From: Candidatus Omnitrophota bacterium
GTDB lineage: Bacteria; Omnitrophota; Gorgyraeia; Duberdicusellales; 4484-171
Length of the DNA: 61,796 nt
NCBI GenBank assembly: GCA_003154195.1
Contig: PMCS01000015.1
Location: 1 to 61,796 of the forward strand
Direction: 5' to 3'
In this document: piece after piece, positions 49,056 through 59,661 of the stretch
How the letters are laid out: every line of letters begins with the position of its first letter
How positions within the stretch are numbered: position 1 is the first letter of the stretch
The notes under the pieces: generated by a model
The model's input: the letters and a program-made list of their open reading frames with translations, nothing else
What the model was told of the DNA's origin: nothing
Databases searched by the model: none
Program-made: the position numbers and the translations under genes

Positions 49056-50621
49056 ATGGAAAATATTAAATTTTTAATCGGTCTTTTATTTATTGTAATA
49101 GGTTGCCCACCAGTTTTTGCCGAGGTTACGAGCACGCAGGATTTCAGCGTTACTTCTTATCACGTTTCCGGCAATACCGCCAATTCATTTTATCCCCGCG
49201 ATAAGGCTACTTTTCTTTACGACGGCAAGGTTAATTTCGATGGCCAGCTAAAAGACAAAGAATTATTTGGGTCAATTTCTTACCGCGCCACTAACGACCG
49301 TTTGGTTGATGTCCAAAATGCCAGTATCGAAAATATGTTTATCGGGCTCAAGAAGCCTGGCTGGGAAATTCTTGCCGGTGATTTTTATTCAAACTTTTCT
49401 GATTATACTTTCGGCAACGCGCTTAAGGGCCTGAAGCTGGAAAGCGGTACAGAGGATAGCCTGCACTTTAAGATTGCCGGAGGCGTGGATACTGCGAAAT
49501 GGGAAGATTTCTGGGAAAAGCATGCGGAAAATTCAGGAACCCGCCGGCATGTCTGGGGGGCGCAGGCCGGTGATTCTTTTCTGGACAAAAAATTAAAACT
49601 GAATATTAACTACGCCGGGTATAGCGATGATAAGGCATTTTTAAGTTCTTCCGGAACTCCGGCGCTGGTAAATGTGGGGAGTTTAAGCGGCAGCTATAAA
49701 ATTAACAGTATTTTAAATTCGACATTCGAAGCAGCCTCAAGTTTTACCGATACCGACCGGGAAAATAACAAAAACAAAACTAAAAATGACAGCGCATATA
49801 AAGCCGCGCTCGATTTAAACACTACCGATTACACTTTAACCAGCGCCTATTCGCGGGCGGGGTATAACTTTAACAGCGCCGGCGGTTTTAGTTCCAAGGA
49901 TTTAGAAGCTGTTAATTTTGACGGAATATGGTTTTTACCGAAACGCGTAAAGTTTACCCATTATCTTCATCTTGACCGGGATAACCTCAGCAATCGAAAA
50001 ACTACGACGACAAAACAGACCAACCCCGGTTGCCGGTTTAATTTTAATCTCCCCTGGGAAATAACCGGCGATGCCGGTTTTGATTTGCGCAAGCGCTTTG
50101 CTACCGACCGGGAAACTAAACAAAAAACTTATACCTATTCGACTAATTTAAGCCGCGACCTGCGTATTTTTTACCTGACTAGCGGTTATACCCGGACAAT
50201 CGTTTCCGATATGATCAGTCCTTCTCAGGAAAGAGTGACCGATACCTATTCTGTCGGTTTTGACGGTGATTTCACCATTAAAAAAATTAAAATTAACTGG
50301 GGGCTGACTCAGGATTTCAACCATGACCAATATGGCGAAAACCAGGGGGTTGATTTTACTATCGCGCGTTCCGCTCGCCTGCGCTTCAGTAATCTTCCCG
50401 GAAAAGTTTCCGCCGAAGCCAAGGTAACGATTGGCGATAACAACTATTACACTAACTCTTCCGACAGCAACACCGACGGTTATCTTATTGCTTTATCGAA
50501 ACCGATACGGGATAATTTAAATTGTGGAATAAGCTGGGAACATAAGGGTTATCGCTATGCCGATCAATCAAAGGATTATGGCGAAACTCTCATCAAGGGA
50601 AAGCTAAGCTGTACTTTCTAG
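49056..50621 (+). CDS. Outer-membrane beta-barrel protein
   Basis: Signal peptide, alternating amphipathic strands, C-terminal Phe (LSCTF). Confidence 0.75.
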   Translation: MENIKFLIGLLFIVIGCPPVFAEVTSTQDFSVTSYHVSGNTANSFYPRDKATFLYDGKVNFDGQLKDKELFGSISYRATNDRLVDVQNASIENMFIGLKKPGWEILAGDFYSNFSDYTFGNALKGLKLESGTEDSLHFKIAGGVDTAKWEDFWEKHAENSGTRRHVWGAQAGDSFLDKKLKLNINYAGYSDDKAFLSSSGTPALVNVGSLSGSYKINSILNSTFEAASSFTDTDRENNKNKTKNDSAYKAALDLNTTDYTLTSAYSRAGYNFNSAGGFSSKDLEAVNFDGIWFLPKRVKFTHYLHLDRDNLSNRKTTTTKQTNPGCRFNFNLPWEITGDAGFDLRKRFATDRETKQKTYTYSTNLSRDLRIFYLTSGYTRTIVSDMISPSQERVTDTYSVGFDGDFTIKKIKINWGLTQDFNHDQYGENQGVDFTIARSARLRFSNLPGKVSAEAKVTIGDNNYYTNSSDSNTDGYLIALSKPIRDNLNCGISWEHKGYRYADQSKDYGETLIKGKLSCTF

Positions 50622-50630
50622 GAGATACTA

Positions 50631-52109
50631 ATGAAAAAGCGATTATTTTTTTTATGTCTGGCGTTTATCGTTTTACCTGCTGCCGGTTTTTGCGAAAGCA
50701 TTTTTAAGGTTAACGGCCAGAAGCTGGAAGAAGGCGGTTCAGCAACGCTGTTTAAAAGTGACTTGGAGGCCAGTAAGATCGAATTTGAATTTCATGGCGA
50801 TAACCTTTCCGCGGTAGAGATCAGCCTTGACGGCGGCAGAAGTTGGGAGACAGCAAAAAAGGAAGATGATGCGTTCATATTAAGATATCGGCCGCTACGC
50901 GACGATAAATTTAATCCGGTTTTACTTTTAACTACCACCGACAACGTCAAGAAGATCTATAAAACCAACGCGGAAATCGTTTATTGCGTAAATAAGCCGG
51001 ATGAGGCGATAGCGTTGTGTTTAGAAAAGCTGGAGACGTATTACGAAAATCAAAAAATCGATAATTTTATCAACCTGTTTTCTTCGCAATTTCCCGATCG
51101 GGTAAAGTTTAAAGAGTCGATTCAGAATGATTTTTATAATTATCGTAACATCCGTTTTAGCTATCGCGTTGACCGTAAAGTATTCGATAATGATTATGGC
51201 GGAGCGGTTTGCGACGTCTATTTTGAGCGAAAATACGAGAATCGTGACGGTGCTTCCGGCAGCGATAACGCGACAATTAATATTCGTTTCGACAAGGAAG
51301 ACTCGGGATGGTTGATTACCGGGTTTAGGAATAATACTATTTTTGGCTCTTCCCTTTTGACAGCAAACAGCACATCCGCAGGTGACGCGTCAGCTTCCAA
51401 TCCCGATTTGAAAATATCTTCCAGCGACATATCGGTTACCAATACCGGAACGGGAATCCTTACCGCTTCGATTTCGGTAAACGTGCATAATGACGGTAAT
51501 TCAGTGGCCAACAGCGTTAAATTGAAGTATTATAAAAAAGTTACTTCCGCGAGCGGTATCGCTACTGACAGCGATTTCGTGGAAATTGCCACAAAAACTA
51601 TCTCGTCTATATTGCCGGGATCCCAGGAATCAGCGCAAACGGTTACTTATAACTTTTCTGGGGCTACCAGCGTTACTGCCGACTATAAGGTGGTTGTTGA
51701 TTATGATAATTTGATTGCCGAATCCGACGAGACCAACAACAGCGCCGTTAAAACAGTTTCCCTCACGGCAACAGTCGACTTGAGCGTTTCCGCGTCCGAT
51801 ATAATCATAACCAGCCCTTACGGAACGCATACGGTTAAGGTAACGGTGCATAATCCCGGTACGCTGAATCTTACCAATGTCAGCGTGAAGATTCTTTTCA
51901 AATACGGCTCGGCGCCGGCCGACAGCGATGTCTTAACAACAACGACAGTTTCTTCGATTTCCGCCGGCTCAACCGCAGACACCGGAGAATTCAGCTACAC
52001 CAACAGCGGCCCGGGCACCTATTACTTTAAGGCAATAATCGATCCGAGTAACACGATTACCGAAAGCGATGAGACAAATAACCAGGCATCAAATACCTAC
52101 TCGATTTAA
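50631..52109 (+). CDS. Secreted protein with an NTF2-like region and two CARDB domains
   Basis: PDLKIS..VHNDG..VVDYDNLIAESDETNN and IIDPSNTITESDETNN. Confidence 0.82.
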   Translation: MKKRLFFLCLAFIVLPAAGFCESIFKVNGQKLEEGGSATLFKSDLEASKIEFEFHGDNLSAVEISLDGGRSWETAKKEDDAFILRYRPLRDDKFNPVLLLTTTDNVKKIYKTNAEIVYCVNKPDEAIALCLEKLETYYENQKIDNFINLFSSQFPDRVKFKESIQNDFYNYRNIRFSYRVDRKVFDNDYGGAVCDVYFERKYENRDGASGSDNATINIRFDKEDSGWLITGFRNNTIFGSSLLTANSTSAGDASASNPDLKISSSDISVTNTGTGILTASISVNVHNDGNSVANSVKLKYYKKVTSASGIATDSDFVEIATKTISSILPGSQESAQTVTYNFSGATSVTADYKVVVDYDNLIAESDETNNSAVKTVSLTATVDLSVSASDIIITSPYGTHTVKVTVHNPGTLNLTNVSVKILFKYGSAPADSDVLTTTTVSSISAGSTADTGEFSYTNSGPGTYYFKAIIDPSNTITESDETNNQASNTYSI

Positions 52110-52539
52110 CAAGCCGGGCTTAACAGTCGCAGGCTTGTTCCTGGTAGCCCTTTGCGTTTTAGGTATGGCAAAAGCGCCTAAAACCGTGGATGACGCCCGA
52201 GGCGTGGTTGAGAAGTCTTTATCCCAAGTTGAAACGGCTTATGAAGCGCGTAACCTTCAAGAGATGCTTGATTGCTTTGATTCCGGATACCCGGCATTAC
52301 TTTCTCTCCAGGACTATCTCCAGAAACAATTTGCTGCTTACAAAACACTGGGTATTAATTTTATTATCGATTCATACCTCATTGCCCCGGATAAAACTGA
52401 AGTCAAGCTCCATTGGCTTAAAAAAACGACCGATTCTTCCGGGACGATTTTAAAGACAAAAGGCTCGGCAGAATTTATTTTTTCGACTAAATCCGGCAGG
52501 TATTTACTTTCGCAGATAAACGGCGATAACCCGCTTTAG
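52069..52539 (+). CDS. Small exported NTF2-like protein (start uncertain)
   Basis: Hydrophobic leader; AYEARNLQEMLDCFDSGY resembles the NTF2-like region of the upstream gene. Confidence 0.65.
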   Translation: MRQITRHQIPTRFNKPGLTVAGLFLVALCVLGMAKAPKTVDDARGVVEKSLSQVETAYEARNLQEMLDCFDSGYPALLSLQDYLQKQFAAYKTLGINFIIDSYLIAPDKTEVKLHWLKKTTDSSGTILKTKGSAEFIFSTKSGRYLLSQINGDNPL

Positions 52540-52968
52540 TGAGACTTAGCCGAGTAAGCATGTACGCATGTGCAGCGAGGCCGTAAGCGAACTATCTAAA
52601 ATCGTGGAAGCGTACTCGCGACCTCAGATTTTAGACAATGAGACACAAATTGCCACTAATTGGAAGATACGAATTGCCACGAATAATACCGGGAGGCAAC
52701 TAGAATTCGTGGAAATTCGTGCGTAAAATTCGTGGTCATTCGTGACTGAAACATGAAATGCTAAATCCAGCCGCTTCATAAAAAAGAGGTATTTAAAACC
52801 GAAATTTCTTGAAAACAAGAGGTTTCGGTTTTTTTGCGGAAAGAACAACAAGAGTATTTCAGGTAGCATAGAAAAAGACAGAAAAATTATCATGACGGGT
52901 TAAGGCTGCCTTGTATGCAAAAAGATAACCGGTTCCTATAAGGTTGATAAAAACCAGGAGGTGGGCTT

Positions 52969-55900
52969 ATGAACTGTTGGAAGAAATATTTCATCACGTT
53001 TTTTGCTGTTTTATTCTTTCCCGTCTCTCATCTCTGGGCGCAAACCAGTACTATAAAGACCGAATTGATACCTTTTAGCGAAGGCGGCACCAACCTGACT
53101 AAAGAACCCAGCCAACATAGCCGTTTAGGCGGTTCGTTTGGCTTAGGCGATGTAGGCGATGTGATTGGCTTGCACAGGATCGGCGTAGGCGTTGCCTTGG
53201 ATACCCTTTGGGCTCCCGGCAACGGGCGGCTCACAACCGATATTACCATGAAGCTGGATTGGGATTTTACCAAAGACGACCTTAATGGCTATAACCAGCA
53301 TATAGCATTAAAAGAACTCTACCCTCATGTGCCTTTAGGAAAGATTAAGATATCAACCAAGGAATTTCATTTTTGCCGGCAGTTGGGTTTTAGCGCTGAC
53401 GTGGGGCTGGATATTAATATCCAGGGCAATTGGCACAATAATGTCAGTAGTGTCACAGTTGCGGACCTGGGCGTAAATATCAACGATACAGCGAATGAAA
53501 AAATCGGTCCGCATACCGGCGCCGGGCAGGATCCGGGAGATTATTCCGATAAGTATGTTCACAGCGATACGGTGAATATTACTGACCTGGCGGGTTTGGT
53601 CAGCGATGGGGCGGAGGTGGTCGTGGATTTCGTAGAAAAAGGCAGCAGCGTTTTGAAAGGCGCTGCGGGATCGCTTGCAAAATCGGCGCTGCAGGATACC
53701 CTGCAGAGTGCCTTAAAAATTTCTTTAGGCGTGCAAGTGACGCAAACTACCTATGACCGACGCATGGAGTTTGACCTGCGAGTATCCGCCAAGGATATGG
53801 ACGGTAAGCCCGTGCTGATTACCCTTGATGATGTCAGTAAGCATATTGTGATTAAGGATGAGAAGGAAGAAGTTATTGTTTATGCTGATTTGCCTGCCAA
53901 TTGCCCGCCGATTAAAGAGTTGACCCTGGAGGCAACCAATCCTACGTATTATTACAGTGAAAAGGGTAATTTTGAGGTAGGTTTGCGTACGCCATTGTTT
54001 AGCGCAACTTCCGGAGTCTTGACTGCGGGCCTTATGGATCCTAGATATCATACCCTTAAAGCGACTTATGAGCCGCAGATGAAGATCAAGGGCGATACGT
54101 TAGTCTATGTGCCGTTTCATGGCACAGTCGAAACGGGCAACCCGCGCAGCGGTTTAGGCGGGGTGGATGTCGGTATCCGCGGGAGAGACGGAACGTTTTC
54201 GACGCAAGTCGGCGTTCACCCTTCCGGGATGTTTTGGGATGATCTCTATGTCCCTTCACCCAGCGGCAGCAAAGATATTCCGCCTTATGATATTTTTGTG
54301 ATTAAACCGGGCGGTTCGCCGGTTACTTTAGCGCCTTCGTTGATCACAAAAAATGCCGATGGTTCGATGATCGTATATTGCCCGACGGATGCGGCCGAGT
54401 CGGTAAAAATATCGGGTATCGTTTCTGACTTAAGTAATAAACCTATTGAAGGCGTAGCGGTTTCAGCTTGGGGCAAAGGCCAGCAGATGGTTGTGACCAA
54501 CGCCCAGGGGCATTATGAATTCCCCCAGGCGGTCAAGAGTGATACGATTACTTTGTTCGCGCAAAAAAATGGCTACATGTTTGAAACAAAAAATGTATCA
54601 ATCGGCCCTGCCGACAAAAATGTTACCGCTAATATTAAAGCTACGACCGCGCAATTGGCCGGTTCGATAAAACTTACCCTTGCCGCCGGCCCGGGAGAAA
54701 CCCTGCCCGGATTTGTGCATATTACACGCCAGGGCGGCCAGCCGTTCATCAGCTTCGTGCAATCCGACAAAACGGTAAATATTCCGGTTGTGGATAAGCT
54801 CCAGGAAGCAATAACTATCGCGGAAGATGGTTATTCTTTTAATCCCGACAGCGCTTCCGCGACTTTTAGCGGCGCGGGTATGGAAACGAAATCGTTCAAT
54901 ATCGCGGTCATGCCGACCAGCGCCCATTCGGTCAGTCTTGCCGCGGATAAAACATCCCTGGAAGCAGGCGGAGTAAACTTTAATGACCAACGCGCGCAGG
55001 AAGAACTTACGTTGACTTCAGAGGTTAAAGATATCCGCGGCAATCCGGTTCCCGGAATGAACGTCCGCTTTGATATTACCCCCAAAGAAGGAAATATCGG
55101 CGGTTTTGCCTTCTCCAGTTACGATCGTGCCGGCGCCGGAGCAGGGGTCGGTTATGCGGCAACCGACAGCCAGGGCAAAGCAGTGATAAAGCTGAAAGCC
55201 GGTTCCGGGATAGGCAGCGTAGCGATTAAAGCGAAGGCTTTTGAAGCCGGTAAGCCTTCGGAAAATTCCTCACTTTTAAGCAGCGAGGCCATCGTCAATA
55301 TTATAAAGAGTACGCGTGTCGCGGCGCCGAAAAAGCCGCAGGCGACGGCCACTGTTTATACTAACCGCAGCGCGATAGGCGGCCGCTCGGTGCCGTCAGT
55401 GGAAGTCGGCGGAGAATTCGTTTTCCATTTTTCCGCTACGGTGGGCAATCCGCAGAACGAGCCCCTGGTTCCCGCCGGGACGATCACTGCGTATAAGATT
55501 TTGTTCTCTAAAAATAACGGGGCATGGACTGAAGAATCTTTTCCGGGTGTACCCCCGGCTACGCTGACTAAGGATTATAACGAAAAAGGAAATTACAAGA
55601 TCGGGCTTCAGGTCAAAGAACAATGCGGCCCGGACATAGAGGTTTGGTCTGATTTGGTTCAGGCACCTTTTAATGTGATCGCTTTTACGCCGCCGGAAGT
55701 AACGCTGAACGTGCCCAATGCGACAAGCGTAGCCAATATTCCCGTGGATTATTCGTTTGACGTTACCGGTTCGGATTACTTAAAGCGCATCCTGCTTGAG
55801 TTTGGCGATAATGTTTTAGACCTGGATATTGATAGCGGGATTTTAAGCGGTAAGACCCATTGGCCCGGCAGCTATTTTCATACTTACACACAGACCGGAA

Positions 55901-58137
55901 CATATACCATGAAGCTTACAGGAACAGATGTGAATAATCGTTCAACGCAGGTAACAAAACAGATTGTGGTCCAGCCGGTATCGGCGCTTAACGATACAAC
56001 GGCGCCTACCGGAACTTTAACGATCGGCAGCGGAGCGGCGACAACCGCAGTGAAGGAAACCGGCCTTACGATCAGCTCCAGTGACTCAAACAGCGGCTCG
56101 GGAGTTTATCAGGTAAGATTTTCTAATGACGGTAACAATTGGGACAGTTGGCGGTTTGCATCCTTAGATGAGCGGCCGCAACCAAGCGCCGTAAGGACAA
56201 TAGCCTGGATGCTGTCTGACGGCGCGGGTACCAAGACCGTTTATGCCCAGGTCAAAGATGCGGCAAATAACATTTCAGCACCGATTACCGCGACGGTCCA
56301 GTTGACTGCCACCGCAATCAACGCCGCGGGCAGCCTGCCCCCGCCACCGGTATTAAACAGCGCCTACCATAATGCGCCAATGCCGCATGGATCGATCACG
56401 ATCGCCCAGCGCGACGGCAACAATCTTTCCTTGAACTTATCGGCGTCCAATGATTGGGCGATTTTTATCAACCAGATGGCGTTTTCGTTTGACGGACAAA
56501 ATTGGGCGGGATGGATACCTTTTGAAACCAGCAAACAGATATCGCTGGAAGGCCATTCCGGCGCGACAAAAATCTATGTGACTTTTTCCGACCAGGCCGG
56601 CGGTCAAAGCCCGATCTATTCAGCCGATATTCCGGCGCAAACAGCGCAATCGCAGCAATCTGCTCAGCCAGCGCAATCGGCTCTACCGGGACAACCGGCG
56701 CAAACCCCTGCGCAACAACAAGGACAGGCGGGGCAACCGCCATCGGGGCAATCGGCACAGCCGGCGCAAGGCAATCCCGCGGCCAACCAGCCGGTAAGTA
56801 ATAACAATGCTTTCGTGAAAGCTATTGAGCGCGTTAAGATTAGGGAGGGGGAAGCGTTACGGCATGAAGCGCTGCGCCAACAAAACCAGGAATCCGACAA
56901 GGCGCAGCGTGAAGCTGAACGCCAGAAACGTGAAGAGGAACGTCTTGCGCGGGCAAAAGAGCGTGAATCCGCCGCCGCCGCGGCATTGCCGACAGTGGCC
57001 GTGTCTTTGCCGTCAGCGTCAGCGGCCTTGCCGTCAGTATCAGCAGCTTTACCGGCAGCGGCAGGCCCAGCGGTTGCTTCGCAAGCGGCGCAAAAGAAGA
57101 TCGACGTCAGCGTGGAAAATATTGATGTTGGACGTCAGGCCGGCTTAGGCGATAAGGTACCGGTAAAAGTTTTCCTGAAAAATAATTCTCCGGTGCGCGT
57201 TGAAGGGTGCGCGGTAAGGCTGGAAAACGAAGATGGCCTTGTCGACAAACAGCTGATCGCGTTGCAGGCTAATGAGCGTAAGACGGTTGAATTTATCTGG
57301 CTGCCTAAACGCGAAGGCCGGCAAAAATTAACCGCAGTCATTGAGCTGTCTGACGACGGTAATCTTCGCAATAATAAAATGGCGCAATCTATCGAAGTCC
57401 GGAAGAAAGAAGAAACCGGCGCGGCAGTTCAGAATGCCGTGATTTCCCGGCCAACCGAGGTATCACAAGAAACGCTGCCGGATGCGAGCGTGGAAAACGT
57501 AGATGTTCCCCGGCGAGTGGAAAAGGACAGCCGGGTCAATATAATTGTAACCGTGCGTAATAACGGGACGGCCGCTGCTCAAGGCTGTGTTGTTTTCGTG
57601 GAAAGCGAAGACGGTTTGGCGGAAAAGAAAGATATTTCTTTGGCGGCGAATGAACGAGGCCGGGAAACCTTTACCTGGACGCCAAAGGCTGAAGGCCGGC
57701 AAAAGATACACTGCCGTATAGAATGCAAGGGGGATTCTAACGAGCGTAACAACGAATCATCCGCGATGGTTTTAGTCGCGTCGGCCGCCGACGGCATAGA
57801 AAAAATGCGCGCGGCAAGGGAAGCGGAACGGGAACTTGAGCGTTCGCAGCACCAGGAAGAATCGCGCAAGGAAGCAGGCAAAAAAGAAGAGCCGGCGGCG
57901 GTTAGCCCGACGATCAGCCCGGCGGCTGTCAGCGCCGAGGCGGATGCCGGAAAGCAAAAAGAGGCCGAGCTTCGGCAGCAGGAAGAGGCACAGCAACAGG
58001 CGGCAGAGGCGCAGCGACAGGCGGCAGAGGCGCAACGGCAAAAAGAGGAAGCGCAAAAGAAGCGAGAGCTGGAAAAAAGGCTCGACAAAAGAGGCATATC
58101 CGGCATTCTTTCCGACGAGTCACAAAAGGAAAGATAG
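52969..58137 (+). CDS. Large secreted/surface protein with carboxypeptidase-regulatory-like, Ig-like, PKD and CARDB domains and low-complexity stalks
   Basis: AGGAGG RBS; signal peptide; ISGIVSD..PIEGV..TNAQGHYEF; ATDSQGKA; HTYTQTGTYT; DTTAPTG; QSAQP and QRQAAEA repeats. Confidence 0.85.
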   Translation: MNCWKKYFITFFAVLFFPVSHLWAQTSTIKTELIPFSEGGTNLTKEPSQHSRLGGSFGLGDVGDVIGLHRIGVGVALDTLWAPGNGRLTTDITMKLDWDFTKDDLNGYNQHIALKELYPHVPLGKIKISTKEFHFCRQLGFSADVGLDINIQGNWHNNVSSVTVADLGVNINDTANEKIGPHTGAGQDPGDYSDKYVHSDTVNITDLAGLVSDGAEVVVDFVEKGSSVLKGAAGSLAKSALQDTLQSALKISLGVQVTQTTYDRRMEFDLRVSAKDMDGKPVLITLDDVSKHIVIKDEKEEVIVYADLPANCPPIKELTLEATNPTYYYSEKGNFEVGLRTPLFSATSGVLTAGLMDPRYHTLKATYEPQMKIKGDTLVYVPFHGTVETGNPRSGLGGVDVGIRGRDGTFSTQVGVHPSGMFWDDLYVPSPSGSKDIPPYDIFVIKPGGSPVTLAPSLITKNADGSMIVYCPTDAAESVKISGIVSDLSNKPIEGVAVSAWGKGQQMVVTNAQGHYEFPQAVKSDTITLFAQKNGYMFETKNVSIGPADKNVTANIKATTAQLAGSIKLTLAAGPGETLPGFVHITRQGGQPFISFVQSDKTVNIPVVDKLQEAITIAEDGYSFNPDSASATFSGAGMETKSFNIAVMPTSAHSVSLAADKTSLEAGGVNFNDQRAQEELTLTSEVKDIRGNPVPGMNVRFDITPKEGNIGGFAFSSYDRAGAGAGVGYAATDSQGKAVIKLKAGSGIGSVAIKAKAFEAGKPSENSSLLSSEAIVNIIKSTRVAAPKKPQATATVYTNRSAIGGRSVPSVEVGGEFVFHFSATVGNPQNEPLVPAGTITAYKILFSKNNGAWTEESFPGVPPATLTKDYNEKGNYKIGLQVKEQCGPDIEVWSDLVQAPFNVIAFTPPEVTLNVPNATSVANIPVDYSFDVTGSDYLKRILLEFGDNVLDLDIDSGILSGKTHWPGSYFHTYTQTGTYTMKLTGTDVNNRSTQVTKQIVVQPVSALNDTTAPTGTLTIGSGAATTAVKETGLTISSSDSNSGSGVYQVRFSNDGNNWDSWRFASLDERPQPSAVRTIAWMLSDGAGTKTVYAQVKDAANNISAPITATVQLTATAINAAGSLPPPPVLNSAYHNAPMPHGSITIAQRDGNNLSLNLSASNDWAIFINQMAFSFDGQNWAGWIPFETSKQISLEGHSGATKIYVTFSDQAGGQSPIYSADIPAQTAQSQQSAQPAQSALPGQPAQTPAQQQGQAGQPPSGQSAQPAQGNPAANQPVSNNNAFVKAIERVKIREGEALRHEALRQQNQESDKAQREAERQKREEERLARAKERESAAAAALPTVAVSLPSASAALPSVSAALPAAAGPAVASQAAQKKIDVSVENIDVGRQAGLGDKVPVKVFLKNNSPVRVEGCAVRLENEDGLVDKQLIALQANERKTVEFIWLPKREGRQKLTAVIELSDDGNLRNNKMAQSIEVRKKEETGAAVQNAVISRPTEVSQETLPDASVENVDVPRRVEKDSRVNIIVTVRNNGTAAAQGCVVFVESEDGLAEKKDISLAANERGRETFTWTPKAEGRQKIHCRIECKGDSNERNNESSAMVLVASAADGIEKMRAAREAERELERSQHQEESRKEAGKKEEPAAVSPTISPAAVSAEADAGKQKEAELRQQEEAQQQAAEAQRQAAEAQRQKEEAQKKRELEKRLDKRGISGILSDESQKER

Positions 58138-58160
58138 GCAAACCGGTTAAGGCAATTTCG

Positions 58161-58207
58161 GCATAAAATAAAAAACTCGCTGTTAAAGCGTGTTTTTTAT
58201 TTTATGC
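58161..58207. terminator. Long A/T-rich hairpin, probable terminator
   Basis: gcataaaataaaaaac...gttttttattttatgc. Confidence 0.6.
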
Positions 58208-58359
58208 GGCGATTGGTTTATTTTACGATATGGTGAAAATAGGAAAGATATTGGGAGCTTCTTTTCCTGATAACTACAACACAGTTGCAGAACAGGCAAG
58301 AATGGAAAAAATAGCTAACGCATTAATGGTACTAGAATAAGGTTGATATGGAGGCTGAT

Positions 58360-58989
58360 ATGAAAAAGATAATTTTTGCTTTTCCGCTAACCGCTGCGTT
58401 TCTTGTATTTATGGGAGCGTTGGCTCAAATGAATTTTGCCGCAGAAGAGCTTAATTCATCAAATACAGTAAATAAAAACAAGGAGGAAGCCATGGCACCT
58501 TCAGGAACCAAAAAAATTTTGGTGGCTTATTTTTCCTACAGTGGCAACACTCGTGAGATCGCCGATCAAATTCACAAAATCGTAGGCGGCGATATATTTG
58601 AAATTCAGGCCGTAAATCCATACCCCGATGATTACAATGCGGTTGTAAAACAGGCAAGGCACGAACTCAGTTCCGGTTACAAGCCGGCATTGAAAACAAA
58701 AGTTGAGGATATCAAGTCATATGATTTAATATTCATAGGTTACCCTAATTGGTGCAGCACGATTCCCGCTCCGGTCAAAACCTTTTTGTCGGAATGCGAT
58801 TTATCGGGGAAAACCATTATCCCATTTTGCACGCATGGTGGAGGCGGCTTAGGAAGAAGCGTTTCGGATATCTCAAAGCTTTGCCCACAATCGACATTGC
58901 TGGATAGTTTTGCAATTCCGGGAAGTGACGTAAAGACTGCACAAAGCGAAGTATCCGAGTGGTTGCGAAAAATTAAAATCACGAAATAA
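58360..58989 (+). CDS. Flavodoxin (Flavodoxin_4-like) with N-terminal leader
   Basis: ILVAYFSYSGNTR, IGYPNW, PFCTHGGGG. Confidence 0.92.
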   Translation: MKKIIFAFPLTAAFLVFMGALAQMNFAAEELNSSNTVNKNKEEAMAPSGTKKILVAYFSYSGNTREIADQIHKIVGGDIFEIQAVNPYPDDYNAVVKQARHELSSGYKPALKTKVEDIKSYDLIFIGYPNWCSTIPAPVKTFLSECDLSGKTIIPFCTHGGGGLGRSVSDISKLCPQSTLLDSFAIPGSDVKTAQSEVSEWLRKIKITK

Positions 58990-59012
58990 TTTAGGCGCGC
59001 AGGGAATTAGCC

Positions 59013-59239
59013 ATGCAAAAGCGCAAACCTGGAAATATAACGAATGTTATCGTCGTAATAGGGGCCGGATCGATCGGCCAAGCGATTGCGCGGCGGGACG
59101 AGCCGGCACTCCGGACGAAGTAGGAAGCGTCGGCGCACTCCTCATGGGGCCTGACGGAGCGTTTATCACCGGCGGCGATTTCCTCATGGATGGCGGAGTA
59201 ACGGCGGCTTATTGGTTCGGCGAACTCGCCCCAAAGTGA
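59013..59239 (+). pseudogene. Internally deleted SDR oxidoreductase remnant
   Basis: NVIVVIGAGSIGQAIARR is joined out of frame to GRAGTPDEVG...FITGGDFLMDGGV..K*. Confidence 0.85.
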
Positions 59240-59299
59240 AGGAATGGGCACGGTAAGCCATGCGACCGTTATGGTATACCATATATGCTGGGTAAAATA

Positions 59300-59343
59300 T
59301 TTTACACTACATTTTTAATTTTATGATATAATGTAGTGTAAAA
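59300..59343. promoter_or_regulatory. 14-bp perfect inverted repeat overlapping the promoter (operator-like)
   Basis: ttttacactacatt-N16-aatgtagtgtaaaa around TGaTATAAT. Confidence 0.75.
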
Positions 59344-59355
59344 GGAGAACTGGCA

Positions 59356-59661
59356 ATGAAGATATTAAAAGGAATATTATCGGAAAGCAAAGAATATTAT
59401 CTCGACACTGGACAGAAGATAGAAAAAAAAATATCAAGCCTCCCCCAAGGTAGTGTTAAAGAACGGCAAATAGCCGGTAAAAAATATTATTATCTCCAAT
59501 CAAGAGCGGGTAAAAAAATAGTGCACAAATATTTAGGCAAGAATAAGCCGGAAAGCCTTATGAAGCAGCTCGAGCAGCGGAAAGTTTTAAAAGTAGAACT
59601 CAAGAAAGTTAATGAAGCATTACTAATGTTAAAGAGAGCTGAAGGTAAAAAACGTGGTTAA
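59356..59661 (+). CDS. Small basic protein, putative DNA-binding antitoxin
   Basis: LPQGSV..KYYYLQ.R.GKKIVHKYLGK; overlaps the next gene. Confidence 0.75.
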   Translation: MKILKGILSESKEYYLDTGQKIEKKISSLPQGSVKERQIAGKKYYYLQSRAGKKIVHKYLGKNKPESLMKQLEQRKVLKVELKKVNEALLMLKRAEGKKRG

